Positions 30,742-48,129 of a stretch of DNA of 64,000 nucleotides are shown one piece after another. The position numbers and the translations under genes were made by a program. Numbering within the stretch: the stretch's first letter is position 1; every line of letters starts with the position of its first letter. Under the pieces are notes generated by a model, which made no database searches, had not been told where the DNA came from, and was given only the letters and a program-made list of their open reading frames with translations. Source of the stretch: the human T2T-CHM13v2.0 reference genome, Homo sapiens; assembly GCF_009914755.1 (NCBI RefSeq), contig NC_060935.1; one strand, given 5' to 3'.

Positions 30742-31097
30742 GCAGATTAACCATTTCTTATCAAAACTTGTTGCAAATCTTGTCCCAGTTTTTTTCATTG
30801 TGACTGTAATGATTTTTACATACATTTTTAATGAAATAATATATATTATACTTGTCTTCTATAGCTCTTTACATTGTTTTGTTTGCTTTTCATTCTTTAC
30901 ACAGCTGCCATAGCATGCTAAACATATGATTAGCTGTGACCCAGACTCTCTACCAACACATCAAGATTCATTTGTCATAAACAGAAAGATTGCAGGAAAA
31001 GGTCATCAGTGAACGAATATGTCTCCTCTGTCTAAATAATCCTTAATTACACCATACGTAACCCCTATCGGATAGTGTTGACCATGTGAATGAATTG

Positions 31098-31492
31098 TGC
31101 CATGATTTGGAGTGGTTTTCCCCTGCCAAAACTCATGTTGAAATTTGATTCCCAATATGGCAGTGTTAAATGGTGGAGTCTACTGGAGGGTGTTTGTTTC
31201 ATGGGTGAATAGATTAATGCCCTCTTGCAAGAGTTAAGTGAGTTCTCACTCTCTAGAGAATGAATTAGTTCCTGAGAGAGCAGTGACTCCAACCTCTCCT
31301 GCATGTCTCTTTGGACACACCTGCTTCCCTTTCCACTTTCTGCCATAAATTGAAGAAGTGTGCAACCCTCATCATATGGGCTGCCCAATCTTGGACTTTC
31401 CAGCTCCAGAATCATGAGCCAAATAAACTTTATTTTTATAAATTACCTAGTCTCAGGTATTCTGTTATAGCAACACAAAACTGACTAAGACA
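31098..31492 (+). mobile_element. MST-type MaLR solo LTR
   Basis: aaactcatgttgaaatttgattcccaat...ctgttatagcaacacaaaactgactaagaca; near-TSD AATTG/AATTA. Confidence 0.75.
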
Positions 31493-31519
31493 AATTATAC
31501 CTCAAGTCTGTATCCTCTT

Positions 31520-31850
31520 AAGTCAGCAAACTAACACAGGAACAGAAAAACCAAACACAAACACCGCATGTTCTCACTCATAAGTGGGAGTTTAGCAATG
31601 AGAACACATGGACACAGGGAGGGGAGCATCACACACTGGGATCTGCCCAGGTATGGGGGGCTAGGGGAGGGACAGCATTAGGAGAAATACCTAACGTAGA
31701 TGATGGGTTGATGGGTGCAGCAAACCACCATTGCACATGTATACCTATGTAACAAACCTGCATGTTCTGCACATTATCCCAGAACTTAACGTATAATTTA
31801 AAAATAAATAAATACATAAAATAAAATAAAAAACACCAAATTAAAAAAAA
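31520..31850 (+). mobile_element. L1PA7/8-like 3' end fragment
   Basis: L1 3' UTR sequence followed by A-rich tail. Confidence 0.8.
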
Positions 31851-32769
31851 TATTTGCTTAATATTTCTATCAACATATATTTACTGAGCACCTACTTGAA
31901 GTTGGTCAGATTGAAAAGCATCACAGTTGTAACAAAAATTATTCTCTTAATTGAGATTCTATGCCTAAAAAGTATATTTAAGTGATTTCTTACATAGCAA
32001 ACATCTGGATGAGCTTACTCTTCCACCTCCATCTGTTTGACATTTGAAGTCATCAGGTTCATCAGCAATAAAGGTCAAATAAGGAGTAAGTAAAGGAAGT
32101 GAGAAGTAAAGTGTGCATATTTACTATGCATGACAAACGAAGCTGCAAAATAAGAAGTGGAGTAAGTTGGTTCCACCCTGGAACTAAAATCTGGAAATAA
32201 ACTTTCTGAAGCATAATCAGACTTCTGCTCCCAAAGGCAATAATGCCAAGCCCATTTTGATTCATCTCCAAAATAGCCTCTGTTATCCTCTTCCAACAGC
32301 ATTTCTTTAGAATTAAAATTGTATTTGGATTAGGATTAAAAAGCTAATCAAGGACTTGTTCACTGCAGGACAATTTTTAAATCTTCAAGATCTGGAAGAA
32401 AGGCAGCCAAGAACCATGAAACATAACAGTGGAAGATGTTCTTGTTTTCTGACAAAGCGAAGAAAGATGCTGTTACTAACCTTGCCATATCCTCCACTCC
32501 CTACCCCAGCTGATTTCTGAATGTCATTAGTTTGACCATTTTATGGCCTCCTTTACAAGTTTTGTTCAGACCGAAAACAGCATACTACACTGAGTAAGGA
32601 GACAGACTGACTCAGTCCCATTCTTCTTTAATAACCTCAGTCAGTGGCTCTTGGCCTAAAAGTCTCATGACGCTTTTTCTCTTCCCAAGTAGATATGAGC
32701 TTTTACTTTCCCAAATCATCCTTCTTTGCACATGCTGGTAGGTGCATATTGTACGACACTCACTGTATA

Positions 32770-33117
32770 CAGTCATGCATTGCTTAATGATGCAGATACA
32801 TTCAGATAAATGTGTTCTTGGGCAATGTAATCATCATGCACATGTCATAGAGTGTACTAACACAAACCTAAGATAGTATAGACTACTACACACCTAGGCT
32901 ATACACTATAGCCTATTGCTCCTATGCTACAAACTTGTACAGCATCGTGGTACTGTACTGAATACTGTGGGCAATTATACTACAATGATATTTGTGTATC
33001 TAAACTTATCTAAGCATTTATAAATGAACAGTCAAAGTATACTATTATAATCATATGAGACCACCATCATATATGTGGTGTGGCATTGACCAAACATTGT
33101 TATGCAGCGTATGACTA
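32770..33117. mobile_element. Tigger3a (MER7A/Golem)-like MITE
   Basis: Terminal inverted repeats cagtcatgc... / ...gcgtatgacta, TA TSD. Confidence 0.75.
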
Positions 33118-33338
33118 TACTTCCAACCATGGCATTCATTTGCAGACTCTTTGTATGCTACTCTTCTCCCTCCCAACAGATTGTATCGATGCATATACTT
33201 CTTGTTTCCTTTTGTGGTTGCTGAACAAAGTGCTTGCAGAATTGAAGTGAGACTGGCAGAGTCTCTTTCTTATACTCTATCTCTGCCTTTTGTCATTTCC
33301 CCAGTTCTTTTGAGCCTGAAAATTAAAATGATGAGAAA

Positions 33339-33702
33339 TATAATTGGCTGAATATTTGTGTCCCCGTAAATTCACCTGTTAAAATGTAATCACCAATGTG
33401 ATGATATTATGATGTGGAATGTTTGGGAGGTGATTAGGTCATGAGGGTGGAGCCCTCATGAATGGGATTACTGTCCTTATAAAAAGGATCTCAGAGAGCT
33501 CCTTTACCCCTTGTACCATGTGAGGACATAGTGAGAAGACCACCACCTGTGAGTTATGAAGTGGGCCCTCACAGACACCAAATCTGCTGGTACCTTGATT
33601 TTGGACTTCCCAACCTCCAGAACTGTGAGAAATAAATTTTTATTGTTCGTACGCCATCCAGCCTATGGAATTCTGTTATAGTAGCCCAAACAGGCTAAGA
33701 CA
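33339..33702 (+). mobile_element. MLT1A-type MaLR solo LTR
   Basis: ggctgaatatttgtgtcccc...ggtcatgagggtggagccctcatgaatgggatta...ctaagaca. Confidence 0.8.
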
Positions 33703-36700
33703 AGGAAAAATAAAACACTGCTTACAGAGGGAAAATAAACAAGGTCTGAGTTTTCTCCAGACCTGCGTGGATCATAATCCAGGATATGCACTTTCAACAG
33801 AAGAAAAGTGAAAATATTTACTGGGCAAACCGCGCATTACCCTGCAGGGTGGTCTGATACTTCTCTACTTTACAGACCACAGTGCACTAGGACTACATGT
33901 ACAGATTGCTGCATACTTTACTTAGAATGGGTCAAAAGTCTCCTTTCTGAGTGATACTCCCTTCTGAATGTTTTGAACATTGGAATTCATAGGGCTCTCT
34001 CCTTTCTTTCTTGCCAAGATTATTAGGATTGAGTGAGACCATCACTGGCTGACTGTTGGCCAGACAAAACATGTATTCAAACAGACAAATTATCTGACCA
34101 TTATTAAATAACAGAATTCCTTAAATTCTACAGTTTAGCTATCACAACAACTAACAAATGTTTGGCCCTTGCTATATGCTTGGCTCTGTGCTAATCACAG
34201 GGAATATAAAAGCAAATAAAATATACCCTTATCCATACCCTTGAGGAACTCTCAGTCTAGTGGGAGAGATAGACAAGTTAACAAATATTCCAGTACAATG
34301 CAATACATACTATAAAAGAACAAAGAAAAAGTGCCATTGAAACACTAACTACAAAATCATCTTGTTGAAATATTAAATAGGAAGTGATCAACTTAACCTG
34401 GAATGCCAACATGTATTCACTGAGTACCTCCTGTGATCCAGTTACAAGGGAATGATGAAAAGAACTAACTAATGTTCAGAAATCAAGGAGGGGCTTTTAG
34501 AGGAAATGAAATTACAACCAAGATATGAGAGGTGAGCTGGAATTAGCTAGGAAAGAAATTACAAAAGGGGGATCCTAGCAGAGAGATAGCATGAGTGAAG
34601 ATCTTCAGATGAGATGTAAGTATTTACAGAAGCCTGTATAGCTTGAATATAGGAAACTAAGTTGGGAGTCCCAGGAGATGGAAATTTAGAGGCTGGGACC
34701 AGACAACTCAAGTTCTGGTAGGCCAGCTAAAGAGATTATATTTTTGTCTAAGTGCACTGGGAGGCCATTAAAGTGTGTAAATTGGTAGTCAAATTTCTCC
34801 CAAATATCTCTGAGTCCTTCTCGCATGTTTAAATGAGCATGGTACAGTACTGTACTGATAAACACTATTTGATCCTCTGGTGCAAGACCCTACCACTTTG
34901 TAGCACTCTCCTCTTCTGAATGAACTCCTGCACTCATTTTCAGTGATTACATCTCCTTATTGAGGATTTAACTGTCTCCTGTCTCCCCTCTCTGACTGTC
35001 CCCACATACCTTACATCTAGTACCTGTGTCCCCAGAATCCCCTTTAGCCAAGCTGATCTGTAGTCTTCCAACTTCTTAGGATGTTTTCTCTCCTCTAGCT
35101 TCCTGTAGCACCAATCCCTTCAACCTCCTTCCCTTCCTTCAGATTCTTACTTCCACTTCTCTGACTCTCCCTAGCTCCTCTCTTCTATGATTTGGTGTGT
35201 ACTGTGTTCGTGGGTGAAGTGAGCAGAAAGGTTCAGATTCATTGAATCTGATAATGATAATAAATTGTTTGTAGTCTTTTTCTTTGCTTGTGTTTTCTAT
35301 CTTGACTGAAAATATGAAATATTTGCATTACTGTAGAATGTATGTCACAATTTACATACTCCCTGCTTGGCAGTTTTAGAGCATTTCTAATAGGTATTTT
35401 TCCTGCAGAAAAGTGTGGTAGAGACACCTACTGAGCATTTACATCTGGTTTTTCTCTCCTTCTGGGCACATAAAAGGGTAAGACTCCCTTTCTCTTTGCA
35501 CTGAGGCAGGGCCATGTCACTAGCCAAAGGGCTGTAATGCCAAAGTGACATGTGTCACTTCTGAGCCAGTGCATTCAAGTACAGCACAAGACTCTCCAGA
35601 GCCCTGGTCCCCTGCTGCACCAACCGAGGAGGTCCCACGTTGCAGAAGGTGCATCAGAGTTGCTATATAGAGGAAAGTTGCTGAGTTACCTTGACCTGCA
35701 GTGAACTTGAATTTGATGTTAGCATTTTTGTGACATCTGTTATCATAGCATATCAAAGCATATTCTGATATTCTCACTAATACAGAAAGGTTGTGAGAAT
35801 TGATCAGACTCCCTTCCCACATTATACTTATTTCCTTGCAAGCATTCTCATTGTCTTCATAGGTGTGTTTTATTCTCTATATTTGATAGGAAGTTTGTTT
35901 GTGATTATTCTTTTTAATTAATTCTCCCTCTGCCTCTAACCAATGTTCTTGTAGTAAATAATCATATTCACTTCATTGAGTTAACATAACAGAAAGCACA
36001 GACTAAATAATCAAAATTTGTTTCACTCTCACCTTTCTTTTCTTCTTTCCTTTTATCCTTCCTTCCTCGCTACCTTTTCTTCCCTTCTTGCTTTTCTTTC
36101 TTTCTTTTATCCATTTCTCCCCCTCTGTCCTTTTCACCTTCTGCAAACAATGTCTGCTCAGTAAATGCTACTGATTACCTATTAATTGATTTTTTTTAAT
36201 CCCTAAAGCGCTAAGTTCTATGTCCTTCCCCTTATCTCCCCCTCTATTCTTGCTTTCCCCTCTCCTTCCACCTTGAGACCCCTACTCTGGTTTAGAATAA
36301 CACGTTTTTGTTGTGTTTTTTTGTTTTGTTTTGTTTTCTCCTTTGACACGGTTCAGGGACTCAACCTGACAGTTTGAGGGAATCTTGAGAATGAGGGTTT
36401 CCATCTCCCCTTTGGGTTTCTAGGCTGCATAGTGGAACCTAATCTCCCCAAAACCTCCTTATACTCCTTTCTATAAAAGTTATTCTATCAAAATAATCAG
36501 AAATAGTAAGAAGATCACAAAAACCTTTGACAAGGAGAAGTCACAGAATTTAAAGATCTGTCACATAGATCTTTAGGCTCATAATTCCAATGTAAATTTC
36601 TACTTTCTTCTCTAAAGTGATAAATGATCTAAAGAAAATTTTAAAATGCACTGAAAATGATAAAGCATAAGTAATTCTTGAGCTAGCAAATTTTGCTGGC

Positions 36701-37135
36701 ACTGTGTATATAAGCGGCTGGAATTGGGCAATGATGCTCATCTATTTACTTATACGACTCTGGCCATTACTCCTGAGGTACTCCTTTATGCTTACATGCA
36801 CCCAGTTTCTGTCCTTTAATTTGGTTCCTGGTCTTCAGCCGTAGATGCAACTCAACTACTGCCCTTATCTACAGATGGTGCTTCTTGATTTTACTCTTCA
36901 AAGTCCTCTGTCTGGCATCTCTGTGTTTAGACATTTCCTCTGGCTTTATTCATTCTAGGTCAACCCTCAGAAACCCACCTCAGTTCTAACCTTAGCAGCC
37001 CAAGATGGACTTGGGCACATATGAACAACAGAACTAAAAACATTTTAAAAGTGAACATGAAGCATTTAACCAGAAGGCCATGTTGTGCTACTTTCCAAGT
37101 CAGTTGTTAAACATGGACATTATTAAAAATAAACT

Positions 37136-37456
<321 letters not shown>

Positions 37457-39251
37457 AAATAAACTAAACTTTTAACTAAGCTATGTTAAAATAAAGGGAA
37501 TATATACGCAAAACTAATCACTTCTTAATTATTTTACTAGATTTTTACTATTTTCTATTCTCTTGGGGTTATTTGCATCTAATGTATCTGTATGATGATT
37601 ATATAATGGTATACCACTGTGCATGTCTTCCCAACTTTGAGTTCAATGACATTAGCCATTGTGAGAGTATTTAGACTAAGGAAATCAACAAATACTACAA
37701 ATCAGGGTGTTTTCCTCCATATACCCAACTGATCAACACTTATCAGCAAGGGTGGCAGTTTCTCTTCGATGTGGTTAATGAAGACAAAACCATAAGGTAG
37801 GGGAATTATTCATGGTTACTTCCCCAGAATGTACTCCCATACTGTTCCTTTCCTTAACAGAACACTAAATAACCCAGCCATATAGTTTGCTTGATACCTT
37901 GCCTTCAGCTACAGAATGGGGCCCTTATTGTCTTAAGCAAAGTGGTTTAATCCCAAATCTCACTACAGTAAGCCTGGTTTGAAGACATATTCATGATCCA
38001 AATCAGGCCACCCATGACCACTGAGGCTGATTTGAGGGAGCTGCATTTGAGCTACCAGGAAATTCAATCTGTCATTCCTGTTACATATGAATAAAGAAGC
38101 ACAAAGCTCTGGAAGACACTGGTAATCATCTTAGAACACAAACGAAAGAGACTGCCCATGCATGAATATAAGCTGAGGACATAAACCAAGAAATAGTGAG
38201 AGAAAAACTAGGTTGGACTAGGCCTTCTCTGAATATCTAATCTTAGGCTTCCTGTAAGTTAATGCCCTTAGTTAGACTGAAGTGGACTTTTAGTTATTTG
38301 TACAAAAATGATTCCTTTCTAATACACAATATGGAGTGTGTATCTTTAGATGAGGTCTTTGCAGGAAGAAAGTAAACACTCTTCACACTCTTCACCCTTC
38401 GTATGATAACTTTATATGGGTATATGCCCGACTCTTCAACCAGGGAGCAAGCTCTTTGTAGGCTGAAACTTCTTATTGCACATCTTTGTGTCTGTAGTTA
38501 CCTTAATACTGCACCCTGCAAGTGGGGAGCAAGTAGTAAGTGCTTAATATAGGTTTGCTTAATTGAATTGGTTAGTAAGTCAGAGAGAGATTGTGCAAGA
38601 AATGGAATGAATCAGAGTAAATTCCTCTTCGCTTCTTTGGCCAAGCAGCCAATATGAATCCATCTGTTGTCATTTCTGAATGTCCCAGAGAAAAAGGAAT
38701 GAAGCAATGTAGCTCTTGAGTCCAACAGTCCAGTCTTTCAACTGAAGGAAGTTGTAGTTTTCTTCTGGGATAGAGTGAAAATAGGCCTTGGTCTTCCACT
38801 TGGCATAAACAGTAAGAAAACTCCTTTGGTCTATGTTTCCATGATGCTAAGTATCTGGATAAGAATGAAAATGTGCAGTCAACATGCTTCAGAAACTCCA
38901 TGCATGTGATACCACATCAGCAAAATATCAAGTTACTTAACCAGACTTCTCATTTTCTCTGCAGGAGTCTGGGTTGTTTATATCCATGAAAGTGATGACA
39001 ATGAGTATAACTGTCCCAGAACAGTGTGGCACTGTGAGTCTGAATGAAGCCAGTCCCTTATTACTTGGGGAGGGAGATAGGTATGGAACACTGGCAAGTC
39101 AACATGAATGTTTCAGTTACATTTCAAGGAAGAAGGAGAAAATACCCATAGAAACAGGAGTGCTGCCTGCTTCTGCTTTCCCATGCTTCCTCTGTTTCTT
39201 TTCTTCCACAGCCCTATTGATGTCCAACTTACATCTTATTTATTTACATAT

Positions 39252-39557
<306 letters not shown>

Positions 39558-40299
39558 TATTTTCAAAAATTTAAGTTTTCTATTTCCCAAAATATAAGTG
39601 CCAGGAAGGCAAGGATTTGTCTTTATTTTTGTTCACAGCTGTATTCCCACTACCTCAAATAGATTTTGGCATGCAGTAAATGCTCAAGAAATATTCATTA
39701 AACAAATGAATGGCCTTTAGGATGGCCATTTGCCAATAAGTTCATAAATTAGAAATTAAAATGGCCAGGTTAAAAAAAAAAAAAAAAACATTGTTTTTCT
39801 CCCCCCAAGTTAAATTAAAAGACCTTGTGACAATTAGTTCTGGCTCAACTAAAGTCTAACTGTGTGACTATAATCAATTTGCTTAACATTCTGCTCCTTC
39901 ATTTCTCCATCTGGAAAATGGGCATAATAGTACCAGAAACATTCTTCAAAAGCTTTCAAGACTCTCAAAAGAGGCAACAACTATAAAAGCATTAGGTTCA
40001 AGATTCAATGCAGATGCTTAGCATTGTTTCATAAAATTAAATAAGGATCTCATTGTCCTTTAACTCACTAAGCTGGCAAAATTTCATTTTTCTGCTTCTG
40101 TTCTTATACATACTAAAGACTATACATTAAGCAACTTTCTGTATTTTCATTTCATCCAAAGTATTGTTGATATAAATTTTAATTAACCAATCATTTTCAA
40201 ACAAAACTGTAATTTCTGACACTTTAAATTTGCCTTCAAAGTCACAAAGTTTTAAAGATAAAAATAGATATACTCAGAAAATCCAACCTGATATTTATT

Positions 40300-41654
<1,355 letters not shown>

Positions 41655-43580
41655 GTGGAAGGATACAAATGCTAGAAAGAGGGAATCAAATCAGCCCCGT
41701 TTTGGAGGGTGGGGGACAGAAGATGGGGCTACATTTCCCCCATACCTACTATTTTTTTATATCCCGATTTGCACTTTGAGAATACATCTAAGGTCATCTT
41801 TCAAAAGAGAAAAATTGGACACTTGAGTGACTTTGTTTTTAGTTTTGTTTTTGTACATTATTTATGTGATTGTTATGGAATTGTCACCTGGAAAGAACAA
41901 TTTTAAGCAATGTCATTTCTAGATGGGTTTCTAATTCTGCAGAGACACCCGTTTCAGCCACATCTAAAAGAGCACAGTTTATGTGGTGCGGAATTAAACT
42001 TCCCCATCCTGCAGATTATGTGGAAATACCCAAAGATAATAGTGCATAGCTCCTTTCAGCCTCTAGCCTTCACTCCTGGGCTCCAAAAGCTATCCCAGTT
42101 GCCTGTTTTTCAAATGAGGTTCAAGGTGCTGCTTTGCATGCCTGCCAACCCATGGAAGTTGTTTCTTACTTCTTTTCTCTCTTATTTATTAACCATGGTC
42201 TGAGAGTTGTTTTTGTTCTATGTAACAGTATTGCCACAAAACTATAGGCAAATCGTGTTTGCAGGGAGATTTCTGATGCCTCTGTGGGTGTGTGTAAGTT
42301 AAAGTGGCCACATTTAAGAAGGCCAAGCTTTGTAGTGGTTGCACAGTCACACTGATATGCTGATTTGCTCTTTCTCATTGTATGTCTATGCTTTGTCATC
42401 AGTGCTATAGTAAATTACAAAGAAATAGGTAGATTGTATGAACATACCCACAAATGCCTATGATTTAGGTTACCAATGTATTCTTTCTCATTTGGGGTTT
42501 TGCTTCTGTCTGTCTGTTTATTGGAAACTTGTACTTCAAGTAGGGGGAATCCTAATTCTAATAACTCCTTAGCTAAGTTTTATTATTCAGGCAATAAACA
42601 TGTTTTCATGTAATACTGGCTTACTTTGTAATTTACATCTGTAACTTTCATATTTCTAAAAGGGGCCAATGCAAAAGGAGAGAGAAGGACTGGATTTAAG
42701 CCAGTTTACTTAGAGTATATGATAAAGAAGGCAGAGGAATAGCTACATATTTGGCAATTCTCCTCTCTGTAGTCACCCTGACATCCTCACAAGAAAACAA
42801 ATCTAGCCATTGCCCAAACTTTAAATTTGATCTCTATAGGTCTGCTTAAAGACTCAAATTTTCTCCAGTTTCTCTCATAAATTCAATTGCAAAAGTTTCT
42901 GACAAGGCTCATACCCTGTACCCTTATGCAGAGCAAGCATTCCATCCTAAGTTATAAACTACAGTGATGTTTAATTTTGAAGCCAGGTCTACATTATTTA
43001 ATTAATGGCTTCAAAAGGTGGAGATGCACTTTATTTAATGTCTTTCCCTAGCTAATTCTTACTCTCACCTTAAATATGCTTTCTTGTTGCATATATGCAC
43101 AGATACACACACACACACACACGAAAATAAATAAATGTTCATATTCTTCTGTTCAACAGACATTTATTTTCTCCTCTCCCTTGAATAAGAAAATAAGTTT
43201 TCCATTCCTATGAACTGTCTAATATCTTTCTATTACAGAAGGGGAAACTGAGGCTGGGAAAGGCTAAATGACTTATCCTCCATCAGTTATAACAGCCCCT
43301 GGTCTTCTTAAATTTAAACACGGGACTTCCCGAACTAATTTTTTTAAGGATACTGAAAAATGAGAGAGAGTGGTCGAATGCCTGAAATTTTGCTTAACTT
43401 ACTGTACTTAAAATCAATTATAACTTCTTTTTGTTACTCAGGGCCCCACTTTTTGTTGCTTTCTAGACTTGTGTGTAGAAAGAAGATTAATGATCACTTA
43501 AAGTAGTTTCCTTCTTTATTCTGAAAAAATGAGGAAAAAATAACAACAGTGGCAAATAAAATCATATTTGGTACTAAAAT
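41655..43580 (+). other. FIBIN 3' UTR (approximate)
   Basis: AU-rich sequence with no recognisable interspersed repeat after the stop. AATAAA at 42593, 43126 and 43555; (CA)n at about 43105-43122. Confidence 0.65.
43555..43560 (+). terminator. Likely distal polyadenylation signal of FIBIN
   Basis: AATAAA followed about 20 nt later by GT/T-rich downstream element (atgtttgtagtttg). Confidence 0.6.
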
Positions 43581-45971
43581 GTTTGTAGTTTGAAGTCACA
43601 ATCATTCATGCCTCAAAACATTTATATCACTCACTTCATAGTGATCATTTGGTAATTCATAGACTTACAAATGTCATCTCCTTGATTTTCCCAGCTGTAA
43701 TGGGAGGATATTGGGCATGTGATAGTGATGGAAAACTGTTTTCCCTGTGCATGCTAATTTCAATCTATTGGTAATGCTTCCATACCATATTATGTTATCA
43801 AGGATTCAAAAGACACAGAAGTGAAGAGTGTCATCCCTAATTAGAGATATCTTCCATGGGTGCAGGAAGGGGAATGGTAACACATCTGCTACAAATTTGA
43901 AAACCCTGAAATAGATTATGTATGAGGTTCTTTCCAGTGCTAACATTCTATGATTCCTACAAAACCAGAACGAAATTATCTGGCATCCAGTCACTCCACT
44001 CAAGCCTAGATGTACAGCCAGTAATCCCACAGTCTTATGTAAATGGCCTCAGAGGGCAAATGGGAATTTCCAGGTGGGGAGAGGAAACAATCCTGAACTG
44101 CTAGCCCAGAGAATAACATCACAAGGCTGTTCCAAACCTGCTTAGGGTGGGGAGCCAGACCCACTCACATCTTTCCTCCCCACTTCCTCATGATTCTTAT
44201 TAGACCTTGTTATTCACGCAGTGACAAATTCCCTTTTCAAGTAGTGGTTCTTTTTATTTCTTAGACCATGGACTATTTTGAGAATCGAAAGAAAACTACA
44301 CACTCTCTTCTCTGCAAAATCTACTTGCAAATGAATCTATATAAGTTAGGATATTAATTATTTTTATATTTATTGACTACTTAATTTGTGCCAGGCACTA
44401 AGCTGGGCTGTGGGTCATTCTGGGATGTTAAAAAGCCTTGGGGCTTCATCTGTAAATCAAGAAATTTAAAAAGCCTCTTAGAGTTTTATTTGGAACAGGA
44501 GGCATTTATTATTGTTGTTGATGTTGTTGTTAAGTATAGCAACAATTGAAAAACAGCTAACTTTTCAGAAAAGTCAATATTATTGGTAAGGCTCTGTGCT
44601 AAGAACTTTGTCTGGGTCATTTCTGTTAATTCTTACGACAAACTGCATGAGGAAAGCATTTTATAAAATGAAGTAATACATGTCAAGCACTTAGAATAGT
44701 ACCTGAGACACAGTGAATCCTCAATAAATGTTAGTTGCTATTATTACTGTTTTTATTATTATCATTATTTTTATTGCTCAGGCCTAGAAAGCCTAGGTAC
44801 TATTTTCAAGACTAAAATTGTGTGATATCTTATATACCTTACTATGCTGTCAGTTTTAACTGATGATTCTCTAATGAGATATAAGAGCAAATAAAAGAAG
44901 AATGTGGAAGATAGGGGATTAAAGGGGCCTCCAGTTATCCACTTTAAATGTCCTCTGCAGTTCAGATCCTTGATAATGTCTGGCAGTCAGAAGCTGGTTG
45001 GCTTCCCTGTTTATAGAATTACTCATTAATACTTTCTCTGGGAGATGCATTGTTCAGTACCACTAATTCTTCTCTCAATTGGACCACGTGAAAACATCTA
45101 TATCACTATTTTGAAGTGTTCTACAGGTATCTATCTGGAGGCCGTTGATGAAAGACACCAGGCTACTTTAGCCTCTGCAACCACCAAAGCCAGGCTCCTG
45201 GAAGCCATCAGAAGCTATAAGAAGCCAGCAGGTGTGTTATGCACAGCAGTACCAAGAAGCTGTGTCCAATAGTTCACAGACTTTTCATTGCCTTTTAAAC
45301 TCTCATTTACAACTCTGCTAAGGAAATGGGCTCAAAACTTCCCTGGAGGAGCCTTGAAACTTAGATTATAAACTATTTTAGTGAGTTATAAAAATGTCCA
45401 TGAAACCCACTAATGATATGAAATCACACTAAGGGGCAGTGTGGTCAAATTTCTGATGCATTTTTCAGAGGAGGATTATTAAATTATTTTTGATATTGAA
45501 TGTAATATTAAATTCCATGTAAAATTGGGATGTAACATTTTATATGGAATAATAATATTGGATAGAAAATAGAAATGCTAAATATGGTTTATGAATATTT
45601 TAATATAAAAGAAAAAATAATTGGAGACGTAAGAAGATTTGGTTTGAAATAGAATACAAAAAGCTGCAACAATAACTAACCAGTATAGAAAATGAGATTC
45701 TTTCAGTCATCTTAGTAATTGTGGAGTTAAAGTGGTCCTTAGGAATACTATTTCTAAAGTCAGGATCTCGATGGATATATCATTCATTAAATATTTTAAT
45801 ATGCCACTATATGAGGTACCCAGGATAATAATAGTTTATAAATATGTGAGGAAACTGACACCTAAACAAATAATTTAAGTACAGCAATGTGGGAGATTGG
45901 AGTATGTAGAAGGTTCTATGGGATCTCAGCAAGAATCTAAATTAGAATTGTCTGGAAAATGTAGAGTAGTG

Positions 45972-46316
45972 TGTCTTAGTCTGATTTGTGCTGCCATAAT
46001 AGAATGTCTGAGACTGGGTAATTTATAATGAACAGAAATTTATTAGCTAACATTTCTGAAGGCTGGGAAGTCCAAATCAAGGTATCAGCATCTTGTGAGA
46101 GCCTTCTTGTTATGTCATAACATGGTGGAAAGAAAGAAGGCTACAGAGAACAAGAGGGGGCCAAACTCATTCTTTTATACTGTCACCAACCACACCCATG
46201 AGCATGGAATCCTCACGGCCTTATAACCTCATTAAGGTCCTACTTCTTAATGCTACTACAATGGCAATTAAATTTCAACATGAGTTTTGGAAGTCCCAAA
46301 CATTCAAACCTTAGCA
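45972..46316 (-). mobile_element. MST/MLT1-type MaLR solo LTR
   Basis: tgtcttagtc...actgggtaatttataatgaacagaaatt...cattcaaaccttagca; near-TSD TAGTG/CAGTG. Confidence 0.75.
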
Positions 46317-46444
46317 CAGTGCAAATAAAACAAAGATTTGGCATAAACACACATTCAAGACATGCAGGATTTTTATTCTTGCTGCTAGTATTATTGTTGT
46401 TTAGCCTTTTCAATAACAATTTTCTGATTACAAAAGTCATTATC

Positions 46445-46736
46445 GGCCAGGCGTGATGGCTCAAGCCTGTAATCTCAGCACTTTGGGAGGCCAAGGTGAG
46501 TGGATCACAAGGTCAGGAGTTCGAGACCAGCCTGGCCAAGATGGTGAAACCTCGCCTCTACTAAAAATACAAAAATTAGCCATGCACAGTGTCAGGTGCC
46601 TGTAATCTCAGCTACTCGGGAGGTTGAGGCAAGAGAATCACTTGAACCCAGGAGGCAGAGTTTGCAGGGAGCCAAGATCGTGCCTCTGCACTCTAGCCTG
46701 GGCGACAGAGCAAAACTCCGTCTCAAAAAAAAAAAA
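46445..46736 (+). mobile_element. AluSg-like
   Basis: Perfect 13-bp TSD AAAAGTCATTATC at 46432-46444 and 46737-46749. Confidence 0.93.
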
Positions 46737-47806
46737 AAAAGTCATTATCTACCAAATGTAATAATATAGAAAACACAGTAGCATAAGAAAAACAAAATTA
46801 TTCATATTCTCAAACTCCTTCTGCCATATACTCACTGTTTGCATTTTGGTATACTTCTTTCCATACTTTTCATGCATATCTATGTATATATTTTCTCTTT
46901 AGAAAAATTATTATAATAAATACATTGTTTTGTACCAATGTCTATTTCAGGTGTTAAGAATATTTAATTGCATAAATGTTTTTAAAATGCTTAGATCTAT
47001 CCACAATGTTTCAGGAGGCAGAAGTTCTAGGTTCTAGATCTTGCCTCACAATGTATTGGCTACGTAACTTTGAATGAGTCCCTGAAATGTTCTGAAACTC
47101 AGTCACTTTGTTTGCAAGATGAAGATAATTATAGCTACTGTTTATTAAACAGGTACTGCTCAAAGTGTTTTCCACATATTATTTTATATAATCTGGTTAG
47201 AATTATATTCCAGGTTGAGGTTATATTTTATAAATTTTTCAGATAAAGAAAATAAGACACAAAGAGCTTAAGTGTTTAAAAGTTCCCTCTTGCAGGCAGT
47301 TAAATAACTACGTTTCCTGAACTAGCTAGACAGGAATGGAGTCAATATTCAAACACAGTCTGACCACCTTGCTTTCCTGATAGTCCCTGAATGATGTTTT
47401 CCCTTTCTGAAGGCAGTAGACTGGACACATAATTTGCTAACTGTCTTCCTATTCTAGGATTGATGATAAATGGCCTCCAAAATGAATATTTCTCTTATAT
47501 GATTTTATTAATTGAAAAAATTCAAAATCACATTTTCTTGAAGAAACTTTTTCTTTCTCTGCTTGAATTTATGTTGGGTAAAATATAAATTCCTGATACC
47601 TGCATGTATCACTCCATGATTCTTTGCCTAAGAGCAACTGGCTTCTTTTACATTTTCCAGGCCCTTTCACATGCATTATCACATTGACTATAACAATTTT
47701 TTATAGATGCTGAACTGGCATAGACAGTTTATGGTATTCACCATTTGGCAGGCTGCAGTCCAGTGTTCACAGCTAGCAAGTTCTTCTGTCATTCTGTTAT
47801 ATTTTA

Positions 47807-48129
<323 letters not shown>

